Of a stretch of 32,000 nucleotides of DNA, positions 1-9,346 are shown piece by piece. The position numbers and the translations under genes are program-made. The stretch comes from Candidatus Saccharimonadota bacterium (lineage in GTDB: Bacteria; Pseudomonadota; Alphaproteobacteria; Rickettsiales; Anaplasmataceae), in NCBI RefSeq assembly GCF_013365495.1, contig NZ_CP046580.1, positions 300,001-332,000 of the forward strand, read 5' to 3'. Each line of letters starts with the position of its first letter. Positions within the stretch are counted from its first letter, which is position 1. The notes under the pieces are model-generated. The model saw only the letters and a program-made list of their open reading frames with translations. It searched no databases and was not told the origin of the DNA.

Positions 1-2
1 CA

Positions 3-224
3 AGGCGTCGTGTTAATCAAGAAACAGGCGAATTTTTTGAAGGGGAATTGTATAACGAGAATAAGAAGGATGGTTCAAACGATAGAGGTTATTATAATAA
101 TAGTTCATTTAATAAAAAAGCTGGTGGTGGATACCGTAAACGCTCCATTCGCTCTCGTTCTAGCTTTGGTAATAGAAATAGGCCACAATTTGGTAATGAT
201 GATTCTTCACCTGGCTTTTATTAA
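3..224 (+). CDS. 3' end of a gene that starts left of the window; Arg/Gly/Asn/Ser-rich basic C-terminal tail, function not recognisable
   Basis: Frame 3 is open from the window edge to TAA 222-224. It reads RRRVNQETGEFFEGELYNENKKDGSNDRGYYNNSSFNKKAGGGYRKRSIRSRSSFGNRNRPQFGNDDSSPGFY*. First codon positions are purine-rich and third positions A/T, like neighbouring genes. The ORF track misses it because there is no start codon inside the window. The tail resembles the basic extensions of RNA helicases or RNA-modifying enzymes (inference only). Confidence 0.4.
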   Translation, partial: RRRVNQETGEFFEGELYNENKKDGSNDRGYYNNSSFNKKAGGGYRKRSIRSRSSFGNRNRPQFGNDDSSPGFY

Positions 225-317
225 AAATTAAGTTTTTACTTATTTTTTTATTCGTTATCTGATATTAAATATGATATTGGTAATTAATTTTTTTATATTA
301 GATAAAAATTTAGGTAA

Positions 318-995
318 TTAAAACAGATTTTTAAAGTTGTTTACAGCTTTTTTTATGTCTCTAGCTCTAAATATTGCTGATCCAGTAACCAAGATATCTG
401 CGCCTGCTTTTACTATATCAGCTGCATTTAGAAGAGTTACTCCGCCGTCTACTGCAATTTGTGTTTTAAGATTACGCTCTTGTATCATTTTTTTCACAAG
501 GGTTATTTTGTTTAGTTGTGAATAAATGAACTCTTGCCCGCTGAACCCAGGATTTACTGTCATAATTAGTACAATTTCTATTTCATGTATTATATCTTCG
601 AGTATTTTAGGGGAAGTGGAAGGAATAATTGAAACTCCAGCTTGAACTGTCTTTTTTGTATTGTTTATGTTTTTATATGACTTTATTTTTCTTATTAATT
701 TTTTCAGATAAACCTCTGCTTCTGCATGTACAGTGATAATATCGGCACCAGCTTTGATAAAGCTTTCAATATGTTTACTAGGTGATTTTATCATTAAATG
801 TACATCAAAGGGAAGGTTGGTATATTTACGTATTGCAGAAATGACGCCTGAACCTATTGTAATACTCGGAACAAAATTTCCATCCATGACGTCTATGTGG
901 ATATAATCTATACCTAAGTTGTTGATTCTTTTTATTTCTTTTCCTAATTTTGCAAAATTTGCTGAAAGTATAGAAGGTGCAATTTTGATACTCAT
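318..995 (-). CDS. rpe: ribulose-phosphate 3-epimerase
   Basis: 225 aa. Motifs IAPSILSANFAKLG, HIDVMDGNFVP, MTVNPGFSGQEF and VDGG are typical of Rpe, and the length is typical. Confidence 0.95.
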   Translation of the reverse strand: MSIKIAPSILSANFAKLGKEIKRINNLGIDYIHIDVMDGNFVPSITIGSGVISAIRKYTNLPFDVHLMIKSPSKHIESFIKAGADIITVHAEAEVYLKKLIRKIKSYKNINNTKKTVQAGVSIIPSTSPKILEDIIHEIEIVLIMTVNPGFSGQEFIYSQLNKITLVKKMIQERNLKTQIAVDGGVTLLNAADIVKAGADILVTGSAIFRARDIKKAVNNFKNLF

Positions 996-1153
996 ATTAT
1001 TTTCGTTTGCTAATAAAGTAAAAATAACTTATTAAAAAAATTTTGTCACTAATACTTAATTATGAATTTTGAGCAGATTGATGTGATATTTTCTAGTAAT
1101 GAATTTTTTTTAACCATTTATTAAATGTTATGCTTGCATGAAACATCTTGACT

Positions 1154-1182
1154 TTGTATGTTTCCAGAAACGCTTATATAAT
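1154..1182 (+). promoter_or_regulatory. possible sigma70-type promoter for tRNA-Arg (TTGTAT - 17 nt - TATAAT)
   Basis: -35-like TTGTAT at 1154-1159 and perfect -10 TATAAT at 1177-1182, 7 nt before the tRNA 5' end at 1190. AT-rich background makes false positives likely. Confidence 0.25.
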
Positions 1183-1189
1183 AATGTAT

Positions 1190-1263
1190 GCGTCCGTAGC
1201 TCAGTTGGATAGAGCAACAGCCTTCTAAGCTGTGGGTCGTAGGTTCAAATCCTACTGGACGCA
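1190..1263 (+). tRNA. tRNA-Arg, anticodon UCU
   Basis: Hand-folded cloverleaf. Acceptor GCGTCCG/TGGACGC (one G-U), D stem GCTC/GAGC, anticodon stem ACAGC/GCTGT with loop CTTCTAA (anticodon TCT), variable loop GGGTC, T arm GTAGG-TTCAAAT-CCTAC, discriminator A. 74 nt, CCA not encoded. Confidence 0.95.
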
Positions 1264-1732
1264 CTTTTATCAATATTTTTCTCAAGTATTTTAATTATGT
1301 TGAATTAATAATAAATGAGTTTTGTTATTCAAGGTAGAATTAATTTTGATTGGGTTGTTTAACCTTATAATCTGGACTGAGCTCAAGGTGAGTATATAAT
1401 TGGGTATTGACATATAGGTTTTATAAAAAAAAATGGTTCTCTTTACCAAGAAAAGAGCTTATTAGTTTTATATGAGATTAAAGCTATATGATTAATTGAT
1501 GTATTTTCTATATACAATATTTAGAGTAAAACTTAATGAGCTTTTAGGGTTTTGCTTTAGTTAAAAGCATGGCTATAAGGCTTTTTTATTTTATTTACTA
1601 AAGTGATTATATGTCAGTCAATTTGCTTAAGTAAGTGATATATTTTGGTTAAAATTTAGTTATTTTATTTTCGATTACGATAAATGAAGTTTAATGTGTG
1701 TTAAAGTTTGTGAATTTTAGCTAAATTTTTAT

Positions 1733-1756
1733 ATCCTTTAAGGAAAGGGATTTTTT
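1733..1756 (+). terminator. intrinsic-terminator-like hairpin plus T6 with no annotated gene upstream
   Basis: ATCCTTT-AAGGA-AAGGGAT gives a 7-bp stem including one G-U, followed directly by TTTTTT (1751-1756). It lies 470 nt downstream of the tRNA in an ORF-free spacer. Confidence 0.25.
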
Positions 1757-1909
1757 GCTTGATTATGAATAAATATTCTTATTAAATAAGAACTATTATA
1801 AGTATTTTATGATATATTTATTTCTACAAACTCTTGATTAGAAAGTAACTTATGTTTTACCATAAGAAAATTTTTATTAGTTTAATCTTAAATTAAAATA
1901 ATAATTAAT

Positions 1910-3400
1910 TTAGTCTTCTATTTCAAATTCCTGTATTACGAGATTCATTTTTACTCCTTGTGAGCCTTTAATTAAAATTATATCGTTGTTTTGAATAATA
2001 TTAGCTAAATTACTTTTTAAGTGATTAGAATTGTTAAAATGTGTACCTCTTATATTGTTTGGTAAAAGTTTATTCAATTCTAGCATAAATTTACCTACTG
2101 TGTACACTTTATCAATACTATATTCTTTAATATGGTTAAGTAATTTTTTATGAAATATTACACTTTTATTTCCTAGTTCTAGCATATCACCAAGCAGTGC
2201 TACTTTCCTTTGATTAGAATATGTGCCTAAAGTTTGTATTGCAGACTTCATTGAAGTGGGACTTGCATTATAGGAATCATCGATTATGTATATATTTTTT
2301 TTGTTATATTTGGCTTTATGAAAACTACCTCTACCTTTGGTTATATTAAATTTTTTAAGTGCAAGTGGTAATTTTGATAAATTAAGTCCTAGACTTCGAA
2401 TAACTGCTGTGACCGCTAATACAGAATATGCAAAATGTTCACCCCTAGAACATAAATTACACTTTATAATTTGGTTATTGTTTAGTGTGATTGTTAAGCT
2501 TAGTTCATAAGTAGTTTGTTTTTTACTGTACGATATTAATTTATGATGTGATTTTGTGATACTTTCATTTGTAATTATATTTCTTGCATTCCAGTGTTTG
2601 TGTGCTGGAATAACAAGAGATTTATTAATTCTTGTTATGTCCAATAAGCAAACTGTAGCATTTTTGTCCTTACCAAAGCTGACGATATTTTTATTACTGT
2701 ATGATGAGAGATAATCATAATATTTATTATCTTTGTTTAAAATTAAAGTGCTTTTAGTTTTCATGCCATATAAAATTTCTAATTTTGCTTGTGCAATATC
2801 AAATATTGACGAAAAATTCTCGATATGATTAGGTTCTATATTAGTGATGATTGCAATGTCAGGATTACTAATCTTTGATAATTCTTTTATTTCATCAACT
2901 TTATTCATTCCCATCTCAAGAATTAAATACTGACAATTTTCTGGAGCTTTTAGAACTGTTAAAGGTAATCCTACATTATTATTTAGGTTACCTTCATTTG
3001 CATGAGAAACTCCATATTGTGATAAGACAGTGTATAGCATGTCTTTTGTAGTGGTTTTCCCAATGCTACCTGTAATTGCAATGACTTTAGTCTTAGTAAG
3101 GACATTTTTGATGTAATATGATGCTATGTCACACAAAGCTTTAGAGGTATCTTGTACAAGAATTAAAGGAAAGCTCCTGTATTTATTCCTGTTTACTATT
3201 GCAAGTGTTGCTCCTTTTGAAAAGGCTTCGTGTAGAAAATCATGTCCATCAAAATTTTTTCCCTTGAGAGCAATAAATATATCACCTTTTTTTATGCTTC
3301 TTGTATCTATTGAAATATTTGAACTATATATCCGGTTACAATTGCCCTCTTTTTTTCCATTAGTAGCGTTAATGATATTACTTATATTCCATTTAAACAT
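1910..3400 (-). CDS. murF: UDP-N-acetylmuramoyl-tripeptide--D-alanyl-D-alanine ligase
   Basis: 496 aa. MurF-type N-terminus IDTRSIKKGDIFIALKGKNFDGHDF, Mur-ligase P-loop ITGSIGKTTTK, DDSYNASP, LGDMLELG. Confidence 0.9.
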   Translation of the reverse strand: MFKWNISNIINATNGKKEGNCNRIYSSNISIDTRSIKKGDIFIALKGKNFDGHDFLHEAFSKGATLAIVNRNKYRSFPLILVQDTSKALCDIASYYIKNVLTKTKVIAITGSIGKTTTKDMLYTVLSQYGVSHANEGNLNNNVGLPLTVLKAPENCQYLILEMGMNKVDEIKELSKISNPDIAIITNIEPNHIENFSSIFDIAQAKLEILYGMKTKSTLILNKDNKYYDYLSSYSNKNIVSFGKDKNATVCLLDITRINKSLVIPAHKHWNARNIITNESITKSHHKLISYSKKQTTYELSLTITLNNNQIIKCNLCSRGEHFAYSVLAVTAVIRSLGLNLSKLPLALKKFNITKGRGSFHKAKYNKKNIYIIDDSYNASPTSMKSAIQTLGTYSNQRKVALLGDMLELGNKSVIFHKKLLNHIKEYSIDKVYTVGKFMLELNKLLPNNIRGTHFNNSNHLKSNLANIIQNNDIILIKGSQGVKMNLVIQEFEIED

Positions 3401-3535
3401 AATTTTATATTGAGTGGATCTAAATAATAAAAAAATAAAGTATTATATATTTTTGCCTGTTTAAAGTTTGAATAAAAATTGCAATTTTTCTGATTTTCTT
3501 TATTCTCTAAAATATAGAGATTTAAATATTTTTAT

Positions 3536-3571
3536 CTATAAATAAAATGTGTTACACTATTTTATTTATAG
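3536..3571. promoter_or_regulatory. long inverted repeat (13 bp perfect plus 3 inner bp) in the divergent murF / ORF304 control region
   Basis: CTATAAATAAAAT (3536-3548) pairs perfectly with ATTTTATTTATAG (3559-3571). The inner GTG/CAC pairs extend it, with one bulged T. It ends 25 nt before ATG 3596 and overlaps -10-like hexamers (TAAAAT). Confidence 0.3.
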
Positions 3572-3595
3572 TAAGGTACTTTAGGTGTATATAAT

Positions 3596-4510
3596 ATGGA
3601 GGAATCAATTTGGGGTAGAATACATAAAGTAGCTAAAAATGGGGTAAGAATTATAAAAAATATATCTCTCCTTCCGTTTAAGGCGTTTATTTATCCTATA
3701 AAAAAAACAAGTGCTTCAATAGGTGAAATGCAACATGATATTAAAGTTTCATTGAAGGAAGCTGTTGGTATAAATGTGTCTAAAGAAGAAAAAAAATATA
3801 GTGCTCCTATAAAAATCACAAAGGCTAGCAAAAGTCTTGGTGTACAAATAATAAAACGGGAAAAAGGATTAGTAATCTTTCTTGCGTCAAGAACTTTGAC
3901 TGGAAATTTATTTTGTTTAACTGAAAAACAGTTAAACGAAATAGAAAAGTTAAATAGTAAATATTTAAATATAAATATAAATAAAGAAAGTAATAAAATT
4001 GTAATTACAGTTAATATTGAGGAAATTATTAATAATGTTAAAAGTGATTCTAGGTATGAAGAAAAGAGTCCAGAGAAGATAAAACAGGTTGTTGTTAGAA
4101 AAATTTATAGTGAAGCTGGTTATATTCTTAAAGCTGTGGCAAGAATAACTTGTGGGGAATTTATAACTCACACAGATAGGAAATTGTTACATGGTATTGA
4201 GGAGGCATTATTCCAGGAAGGTAGTAGATGTATATCAGAATCATCTATAAATCATTCTGTAGGTAAGTTGCTAGAAGAGTCATCAGAAGATATCACAAGT
4301 AGAGATTTTAATATTACTAATCCTAACAATTTTCCTTATAGGAATAAAAAAGTTTTATCTTCTATAGAATTACCTCAAAATGTTGAAAAACAAGTAAAAG
4401 AATTTAAAATGAGAAATAGTTTTTCAAGTCTTGAAGGTGTTTCTTCTAGTAAAGTAGTAAAATCGTCTTTTATATTTAATAAAGAAAGAGGAGGAAAAAG
4501 CCGTTCTTAA
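3596..4510 (+). CDS. hypothetical protein, 304 aa, no recognisable domain
   Basis: Long ORF in a genome where random ORFs over 60 aa are rare. AGGTG lies 8 nt upstream of the ATG. The stop is 2 nt before the HIT gene start. Lys/Ser/Glu-rich, no signal peptide or TM segment, basic C-terminus (KVVKSSFIFNKERGGKSRS). Confidence 0.6.
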   Translation: MEESIWGRIHKVAKNGVRIIKNISLLPFKAFIYPIKKTSASIGEMQHDIKVSLKEAVGINVSKEEKKYSAPIKITKASKSLGVQIIKREKGLVIFLASRTLTGNLFCLTEKQLNEIEKLNSKYLNININKESNKIVITVNIEEIINNVKSDSRYEEKSPEKIKQVVVRKIYSEAGYILKAVARITCGEFITHTDRKLLHGIEEALFQEGSRCISESSINHSVGKLLEESSEDITSRDFNITNPNNFPYRNKKVLSSIELPQNVEKQVKEFKMRNSFSSLEGVSSSKVVKSSFIFNKERGGKSRS

Positions 4511-4512
4511 AT

Positions 4513-4881
4513 ATGAGTGATCAAAATTACGATAGTAATAATGTTTTTGCTAAAATATTAAGAGGTGAGTTACCTTGTAAGAAAGTATATGAAGATAAAG
4601 ATGTGTTGGCATTTCATGATAAATATCCTGATGCACCAGTTCATATTTTGGTAATACCAAAAAATCAATATATTTCATATGATGACTTTATTTTAAAAGC
4701 TTCTGCGAAGGAGATAGTAAGTTTTTTTAAAAGAGTAAGAGAGTTAATATACAGATATGATTTAGAAAAAAAAGGATACAGATTAGTTACTAACTATGGC
4801 GAAAATGGAGAACAAGTTATATTACACTTTCATGTACACATTTTAGGTGGTAAAAAACTAGGGAAGCATGTAAACTTATAG
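4513..4881 (+). CDS. HIT-family (histidine triad) nucleotide hydrolase
   Basis: 122 aa. Histidine triad HFHVHILGG near the C-terminus. The N-terminal FAKILRGELPCKKVYEDKDVLAFHD is typical of HinT-like proteins. Confidence 0.9.
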   Translation: MSDQNYDSNNVFAKILRGELPCKKVYEDKDVLAFHDKYPDAPVHILVIPKNQYISYDDFILKASAKEIVSFFKRVRELIYRYDLEKKGYRLVTNYGENGEQVILHFHVHILGGKKLGKHVNL

Positions 4882-4907
4882 TATTGCTTTTTATATGTTT
4901 TACTATA

Positions 4908-5264
4908 ATGAATGAATATTTAACTATAGTGGTTTTTATTTGTCTGTCGGTTGTAGTATCTTTTACTTTAGGTATATTACCTATGTTTTTTACAATAAGT
5001 AAGCCAGATAGTGAAAAGCTTTCTACATATGAATGTGGTTTTGATCCTTTATCGAGGGCAAGGAAAGTTTTTGATATTAAATTTTATTTAGTTTCAATAT
5101 TATTTATAATATTTGATTTGGAAGTTATTTTTCTTTTTCCTTGGGCTATTTCTTTATCTGAGATAAGTTATTATGGGTTTTGCTCTATGATGGTATTTCT
5201 TGCAATTGTTACTGTGGGTTTTATTTATGAGTGGTGTAAAGGTGTATTAGAATGGGAGGAATAG
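4908..5264 (+). CDS. nuoA: NADH-quinone oxidoreductase subunit A
   Basis: Motifs YECGFDP and FDLEVIFLFPWA, three TM segments. The ORF track starts at TTG 4884. The in-frame ATG at 4908 (MNEYLTIVVF...) is the more likely start. Confidence 0.9.
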   Translation: MNEYLTIVVFICLSVVVSFTLGILPMFFTISKPDSEKLSTYECGFDPLSRARKVFDIKFYLVSILFIIFDLEVIFLFPWAISLSEISYYGFCSMMVFLAIVTVGFIYEWCKGVLEWEE

Positions 5265-5267
5265 TTT

Positions 5268-5774
5268 ATGAAAGGTCAAATTTTATCCGAAAATAATTAT
5301 AGTTCTTATAAAAAAGAAGGATTTTTTGTTACTAAATTTGGTGCTTTAATCGATCATGTAATTAATTGGGCACGATCTGGTTCGTTATGGCCGATGACAT
5401 TTGGTTTGGCGTGTTGTGCAGTGGAGATGATGCATACTGCATCCAGCCGTTATGATCTTGATAGATATGGTATAATGTTTCGTGCAAGTCCAAGACAAGC
5501 TGATGTTATGATTGTTGCTGGTACGTTAACTAATAAAATGGCGGTAGCTTTACGTAAGATATATGATCAAATGCCAGATCCTAAATATGTTATTTCTATG
5601 GGAAGTTGTGCAAATGGTGGTGGTTATTATCATTATTCTTATTCAGTGGTTCGTGGTTGTGATAGAATTGTGCCAGTTGATGTATATGTTCCTGGGTGTC
5701 CCCCAACCGCTGAAGCATTGTTATATGGAATGTTATGTTTACAAAATAAAATAAAAAGAACTAAGAATGTATAA
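5268..5774 (+). CDS. nuoB: NADH-quinone oxidoreductase subunit B
   Basis: 168 aa. Motifs [28 protein letters not shown] and VPGCPP (N2 Fe-S cluster ligands). Confidence 0.95.
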   Translation: MKGQILSENNYSSYKKEGFFVTKFGALIDHVINWARSGSLWPMTFGLACCAVEMMHTASSRYDLDRYGIMFRASPRQADVMIVAGTLTNKMAVALRKIYDQMPDPKYVISMGSCANGGGYYHYSYSVVRGCDRIVPVDVYVPGCPPTAEALLYGMLCLQNKIKRTKNV

Positions 5775-5779
5775 GTATA

Positions 5780-6358
5780 ATGAGTAAAATTATGAAATAT
5801 ATACAAAAAAAAATTAAATGTAGATGTATTCAGCAAAATGATGGTACTATTATAGTATATTCATCTTTAGATGATATTGAAAATTACTTACTTTTTTTAC
5901 GTAGTGATGAAAAATGTAGATTTGAATTATTAGTTGATATTTTTGGAGTTGACTATCCAGGTAGAGAAAAGCGTTTTGAGTTAATATATAACTTACTTAG
6001 CATTGTATATAATACTAGATTACATATAAAACTTCAGTTAGATGAAAATGATGTTCCTCCAAGTATAGTGAAGATATTCAGTACAGCTTCATGGTTTGAA
6101 CGTGAAGTATATGATATGTATGGAATAGAATTTTCTGATCATCCAGATTTGCGTAGAATTTTGACGGATTATGGATTTAAAGGTCATCCTATGTTAAAAG
6201 ACTTTCCTCTTACCGGTTATGAAGAAGTAAGATATGATGTAGAAGCAAAAAGGGTTGTATATAACCCTATAGATTTACCACAAGATTTTCGTATATTTGA
6301 TAGCTTGTCTCCTTGGGAAGGTAAGACTACGAAGATAGATATAAAGGAGAGAGAATGA
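5780..6358 (+). CDS. nuoC: NADH-quinone oxidoreductase subunit C
   Basis: 192 aa. [45 protein letters not shown] is the NuoC/30-kDa subunit signature. Confidence 0.95.
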   Translation: MSKIMKYIQKKIKCRCIQQNDGTIIVYSSLDDIENYLLFLRSDEKCRFELLVDIFGVDYPGREKRFELIYNLLSIVYNTRLHIKLQLDENDVPPSIVKIFSTASWFEREVYDMYGIEFSDHPDLRRILTDYGFKGHPMLKDFPLTGYEEVRYDVEAKRVVYNPIDLPQDFRIFDSLSPWEGKTTKIDIKERE

Positions 6359-7308
6359 TGCGAAGAAAAAAGATATCTTTGATTGGTGCAGGGAACATTG
6401 GAGGGGTTCTCGCCCATATGATTGCGCTTAAAGAGCTTGGTGATATTGTTTTATTTGATATTAGTGATGGAATACCTCAGGGTAAGGCATTGGATATTGT
6501 AGAATCATCTCCTATTGACAGATTCAATGTTAGTATTATCGGTACAAATAGATATGAAGATATAAAAAACTCCGATGTGATTATAATAACTGCTGGTATT
6601 GCAAGAAAACCTGGAATGAGCAGAGATGATCTACTTCAAATTAATGCTGAAGTGATGAAAGAGTCAGGTCAGAATATTAAAAAGTATTCTCCAAACGCTT
6701 TTGTAATAGTGGTTACTAATCCTTTGGATGTTATGGTTTCAGTGGTACATAAATTTTCAGGTTTTTCAACCAATATGATTGTTGGAATGGCAGGAGTACT
6801 TGATTCTGCACGTTTTTGTTATTTTCTTGCAGAGGAATTAAATATTTCTATTGAAAATATATCTACTTTTGTGTTGGGAGGGCATGGTGATACTATGGTA
6901 CCGCTGATTAATTATACTTCAGTTGCTGGTATTCCTCTTACTCAAATTATCAGTATGAACCTTATTACACAAAAGAAAGTTGATGAAATAATTAAGCGTA
7001 CTCGTAATGGTGGTAAAGAAATAGTCGATTTGCTTAAGTCTGGGTCCGCGTATTACTCTCCTGCATCTTCAGTCGTATATATGCTGGAATCATATTTAAA
7101 AGATAAAAGGCGTATATTATCATGTTCTGCCTATCTTAATGGTGAATATGGTATAGAAGACTTATTTATTGGTGTTCCTGTAATTATTGGGAAAAGTGGA
7201 GTTGAAAAAATTTTAGAAGTTCAGATAAATGATAGTGAATTAGAGATGTTCAAAAAATCTGTAGATGCAGTAAGAAAGCTCGTAAAATCTTTAGATTTTT
7301 ATGAGTGA
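6355..7308 (+). CDS. mdh: malate dehydrogenase (LDH-like type)
   Basis: 317 aa. N-terminal [12 protein letters not shown] Rossmann motif, [30 protein letters not shown] at 6345-6349 lies 5 nt before the ATG. The start overlaps the nuoC stop (ATGA). Confidence 0.95.
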   Translation: MMRRKKISLIGAGNIGGVLAHMIALKELGDIVLFDISDGIPQGKALDIVESSPIDRFNVSIIGTNRYEDIKNSDVIIITAGIARKPGMSRDDLLQINAEVMKESGQNIKKYSPNAFVIVVTNPLDVMVSVVHKFSGFSTNMIVGMAGVLDSARFCYFLAEELNISIENISTFVLGGHGDTMVPLINYTSVAGIPLTQIISMNLITQKKVDEIIKRTRNGGKEIVDLLKSGSAYYSPASSVVYMLESYLKDKRRILSCSAYLNGEYGIEDLFIGVPVIIGKSGVEKILEVQINDSELEMFKKSVDAVRKLVKSLDFYE

Positions 7309-7318
7309 ATTTTTAATT

Positions 7319-8113
7319 TTATAGACTTTTTTCAGAGTTAAATTTTGTAAATAGTTTAGAAAAGTTGTTTGTGGTTACTTCTGCTACTTTATTAGGCGAC
7401 TCATTCCATAATTTTGCCAAACAATTTACAGTATAATTTATCATTGTTGGCTCATTCTTTTTTCCTCTATAAGGCTCAGGTGATAAGTACGGAGCGTCAG
7501 TTTCTACTAGAATAAGTTCATGTGGTATGTTTTGTGCAATTTCTCTGAGTGAATTAGCGCTTTTAAAAGTAATGATTCCAGAAAATGAAATATATAATCC
7601 CAAATCCATAATTTGATAAGCAAACTCTTTTGAGGATGCGAAGCAGTGTATGACTCCACTGATAGTGCCAATTTTTATTTCTGACCTTAATATATCAATT
7701 ATTTCATGGTCAGCATTTCTAGTGTGAATAACTAAAGGTAATCCTGTTATTCTTGCTGCTTCTATATGTGATATAAAACTTTTTTTTTGGTTGCTTTTAT
7801 TATCAGATTCATAAAAATCTAATCCAGTTTCACCGATACTAATTACCTTTTGATTCTTAGTGAACTCTACCAATTCATCAACATGTATAAATTTACCATT
7901 TTCTACAGTAATATCGAGTGGATGTACACCAATAGAAGAGTAAATATGGTCATAGAGTAAGGAAATTTTTAGCAATCTTGGAATACTACTGATATTTATG
8001 CATATATTATGTAAAATCTTTACATTGTTTTGTTTTGCTCTTGAAACCACTTTCGGTATTTCTTCATCAGAAAAATGGATTAAATGGCAATGAGAATCTA
8101 TTATCATAAGCAC
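7319..8113 (-). CDS. tatD: TatD-family metal-dependent hydrolase/DNase
   Basis: 264 aa. IDSHCHL at the N-terminus, GETGLDFY, VIHTRNA, ETDAPYLSP. Confidence 0.9.
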   Translation of the reverse strand: MLMIIDSHCHLIHFSDEEIPKVVSRAKQNNVKILHNICINISSIPRLLKISLLYDHIYSSIGVHPLDITVENGKFIHVDELVEFTKNQKVISIGETGLDFYESDNKSNQKKSFISHIEAARITGLPLVIHTRNADHEIIDILRSEIKIGTISGVIHCFASSKEFAYQIMDLGLYISFSGIITFKSANSLREIAQNIPHELILVETDAPYLSPEPYRGKKNEPTMINYTVNCLAKLWNESPNKVAEVTTNNFSKLFTKFNSEKSL

Positions 8114-8122
8114 CCATAAATA

Positions 8123-8608
8123 TTACTTAATAATAAGAGTTTTTATTTTAGAAGAAAACTCTTTTATTAGAGTTTTATAAATTTCTTTTTTAAAAGGTAT
8201 AACGTTGGATATTAAATTATCTATGTTTTGCCAACACCACTCTTTGAATTCTGAGTGATCAGTGTAATTAATATTAATATCTTTATCTTCTCCACAAAAT
8301 TTCATTAAAAACCACATTTGCTTTTGACCAGAATATCTTCCCTTCCAATGAGTTGGTATTAGCTCTTTAGGTAAGTTATAATATATCCAATTCTTATTTT
8401 TAGTTATAATTTTTGCTTTATCAGTGCCAACTTCTTCTAAGAGCTCACGTAATGCTGCTTTTTCCAACTCTTCACCATTATCAATACCTCCTTGTGGCAT
8501 CTGCCAATAGAGGTCACTGTCAAAACGTTTTCCAACAAAAATATCTCCTTGCTTATTGAATAGCATTATTCCAACACAAGGACGATATTTATTTTTTTTC
8601 CTAACCAC
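8123..8608 (-). CDS. rppH: RNA pyrophosphohydrolase (Nudix)
   Basis: 161 aa. YRPCVGIMLFN, WQMPQGGI, and Nudix box GGIDNGEELEKAALRELLEEVG. It lies 9 nt upstream of tatD on the same strand. Confidence 0.9.
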   Translation of the reverse strand: MVRKKNKYRPCVGIMLFNKQGDIFVGKRFDSDLYWQMPQGGIDNGEELEKAALRELLEEVGTDKAKIITKNKNWIYYNLPKELIPTHWKGRYSGQKQMWFLMKFCGEDKDININYTDHSEFKEWCWQNIDNLISNVIPFKKEIYKTLIKEFSSKIKTLIIK

Positions 8609-9346
8609 GAGAGTAGTTTAGTTAAATTACTGTAAAAATTTTAGTTATTTTAACCCTAATGTTCATTTTTTTGCAACTTTTTTTTAAATTTTTTATACTT
8701 AAATTTAAATTAATAATTTAAAGTGAGCTTTTAGTGAAATGGTCTTTGTTTTTTAAGTTATTTTTATAATAAAATCTGAATTAACGTTTTTTTCTCGATA
8801 TTCTTTATTGATTTAATAATTTTATTACTTCTTCAGTTATTGAGCAGATTTTATGAATATTTTTACACTTATTTTTTTTACTCAATCTAATATTAGCTCT
8901 ATATGTTTTCTGGTTATGACATTATTATTATCTTTAAGTTCTGATAAAATACTTTGATTTTGCATTATACTTTTATATATTGCTGGTTTATTTTTAGAAA
9001 AGATTTTTTTCTCAGATATTATAGACTTCAGCATTAAATAGTTTAGAACTTGAACTTAGTGTAAATATGTTATTACTACATTGATGTATTAATTGTTTTG
9101 AATAAAATACTGCTTTTGCAGTAGAATGAATAGTAGGCTTTTTTTTAAGAAAGGCGATTAAATAATTGTGAGTTTATTGTAATAAATCACATATTAAAAA
9201 TTATTTTTGGGTGTATATAGTAAAGGTTCTATGTTGTATATACTGTGTATATTAACATTAGAAAGTTTAAATTAATTAGGTTAATGATGATTATATTTTA
9301 TATTTAGAATTTTGAGTATATTATCGTTAGTAAATATGTAATTTAG

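Noticed and set aside
10-231. 73-aa ORF in frame 1 from the ORF track
   Set aside because: The product is hydrophobic and low-complexity, starts at GTG with no SD, and fully overlaps the more gene-like frame-3 reading that runs in from the window edge. I treat it as a shadow ORF.
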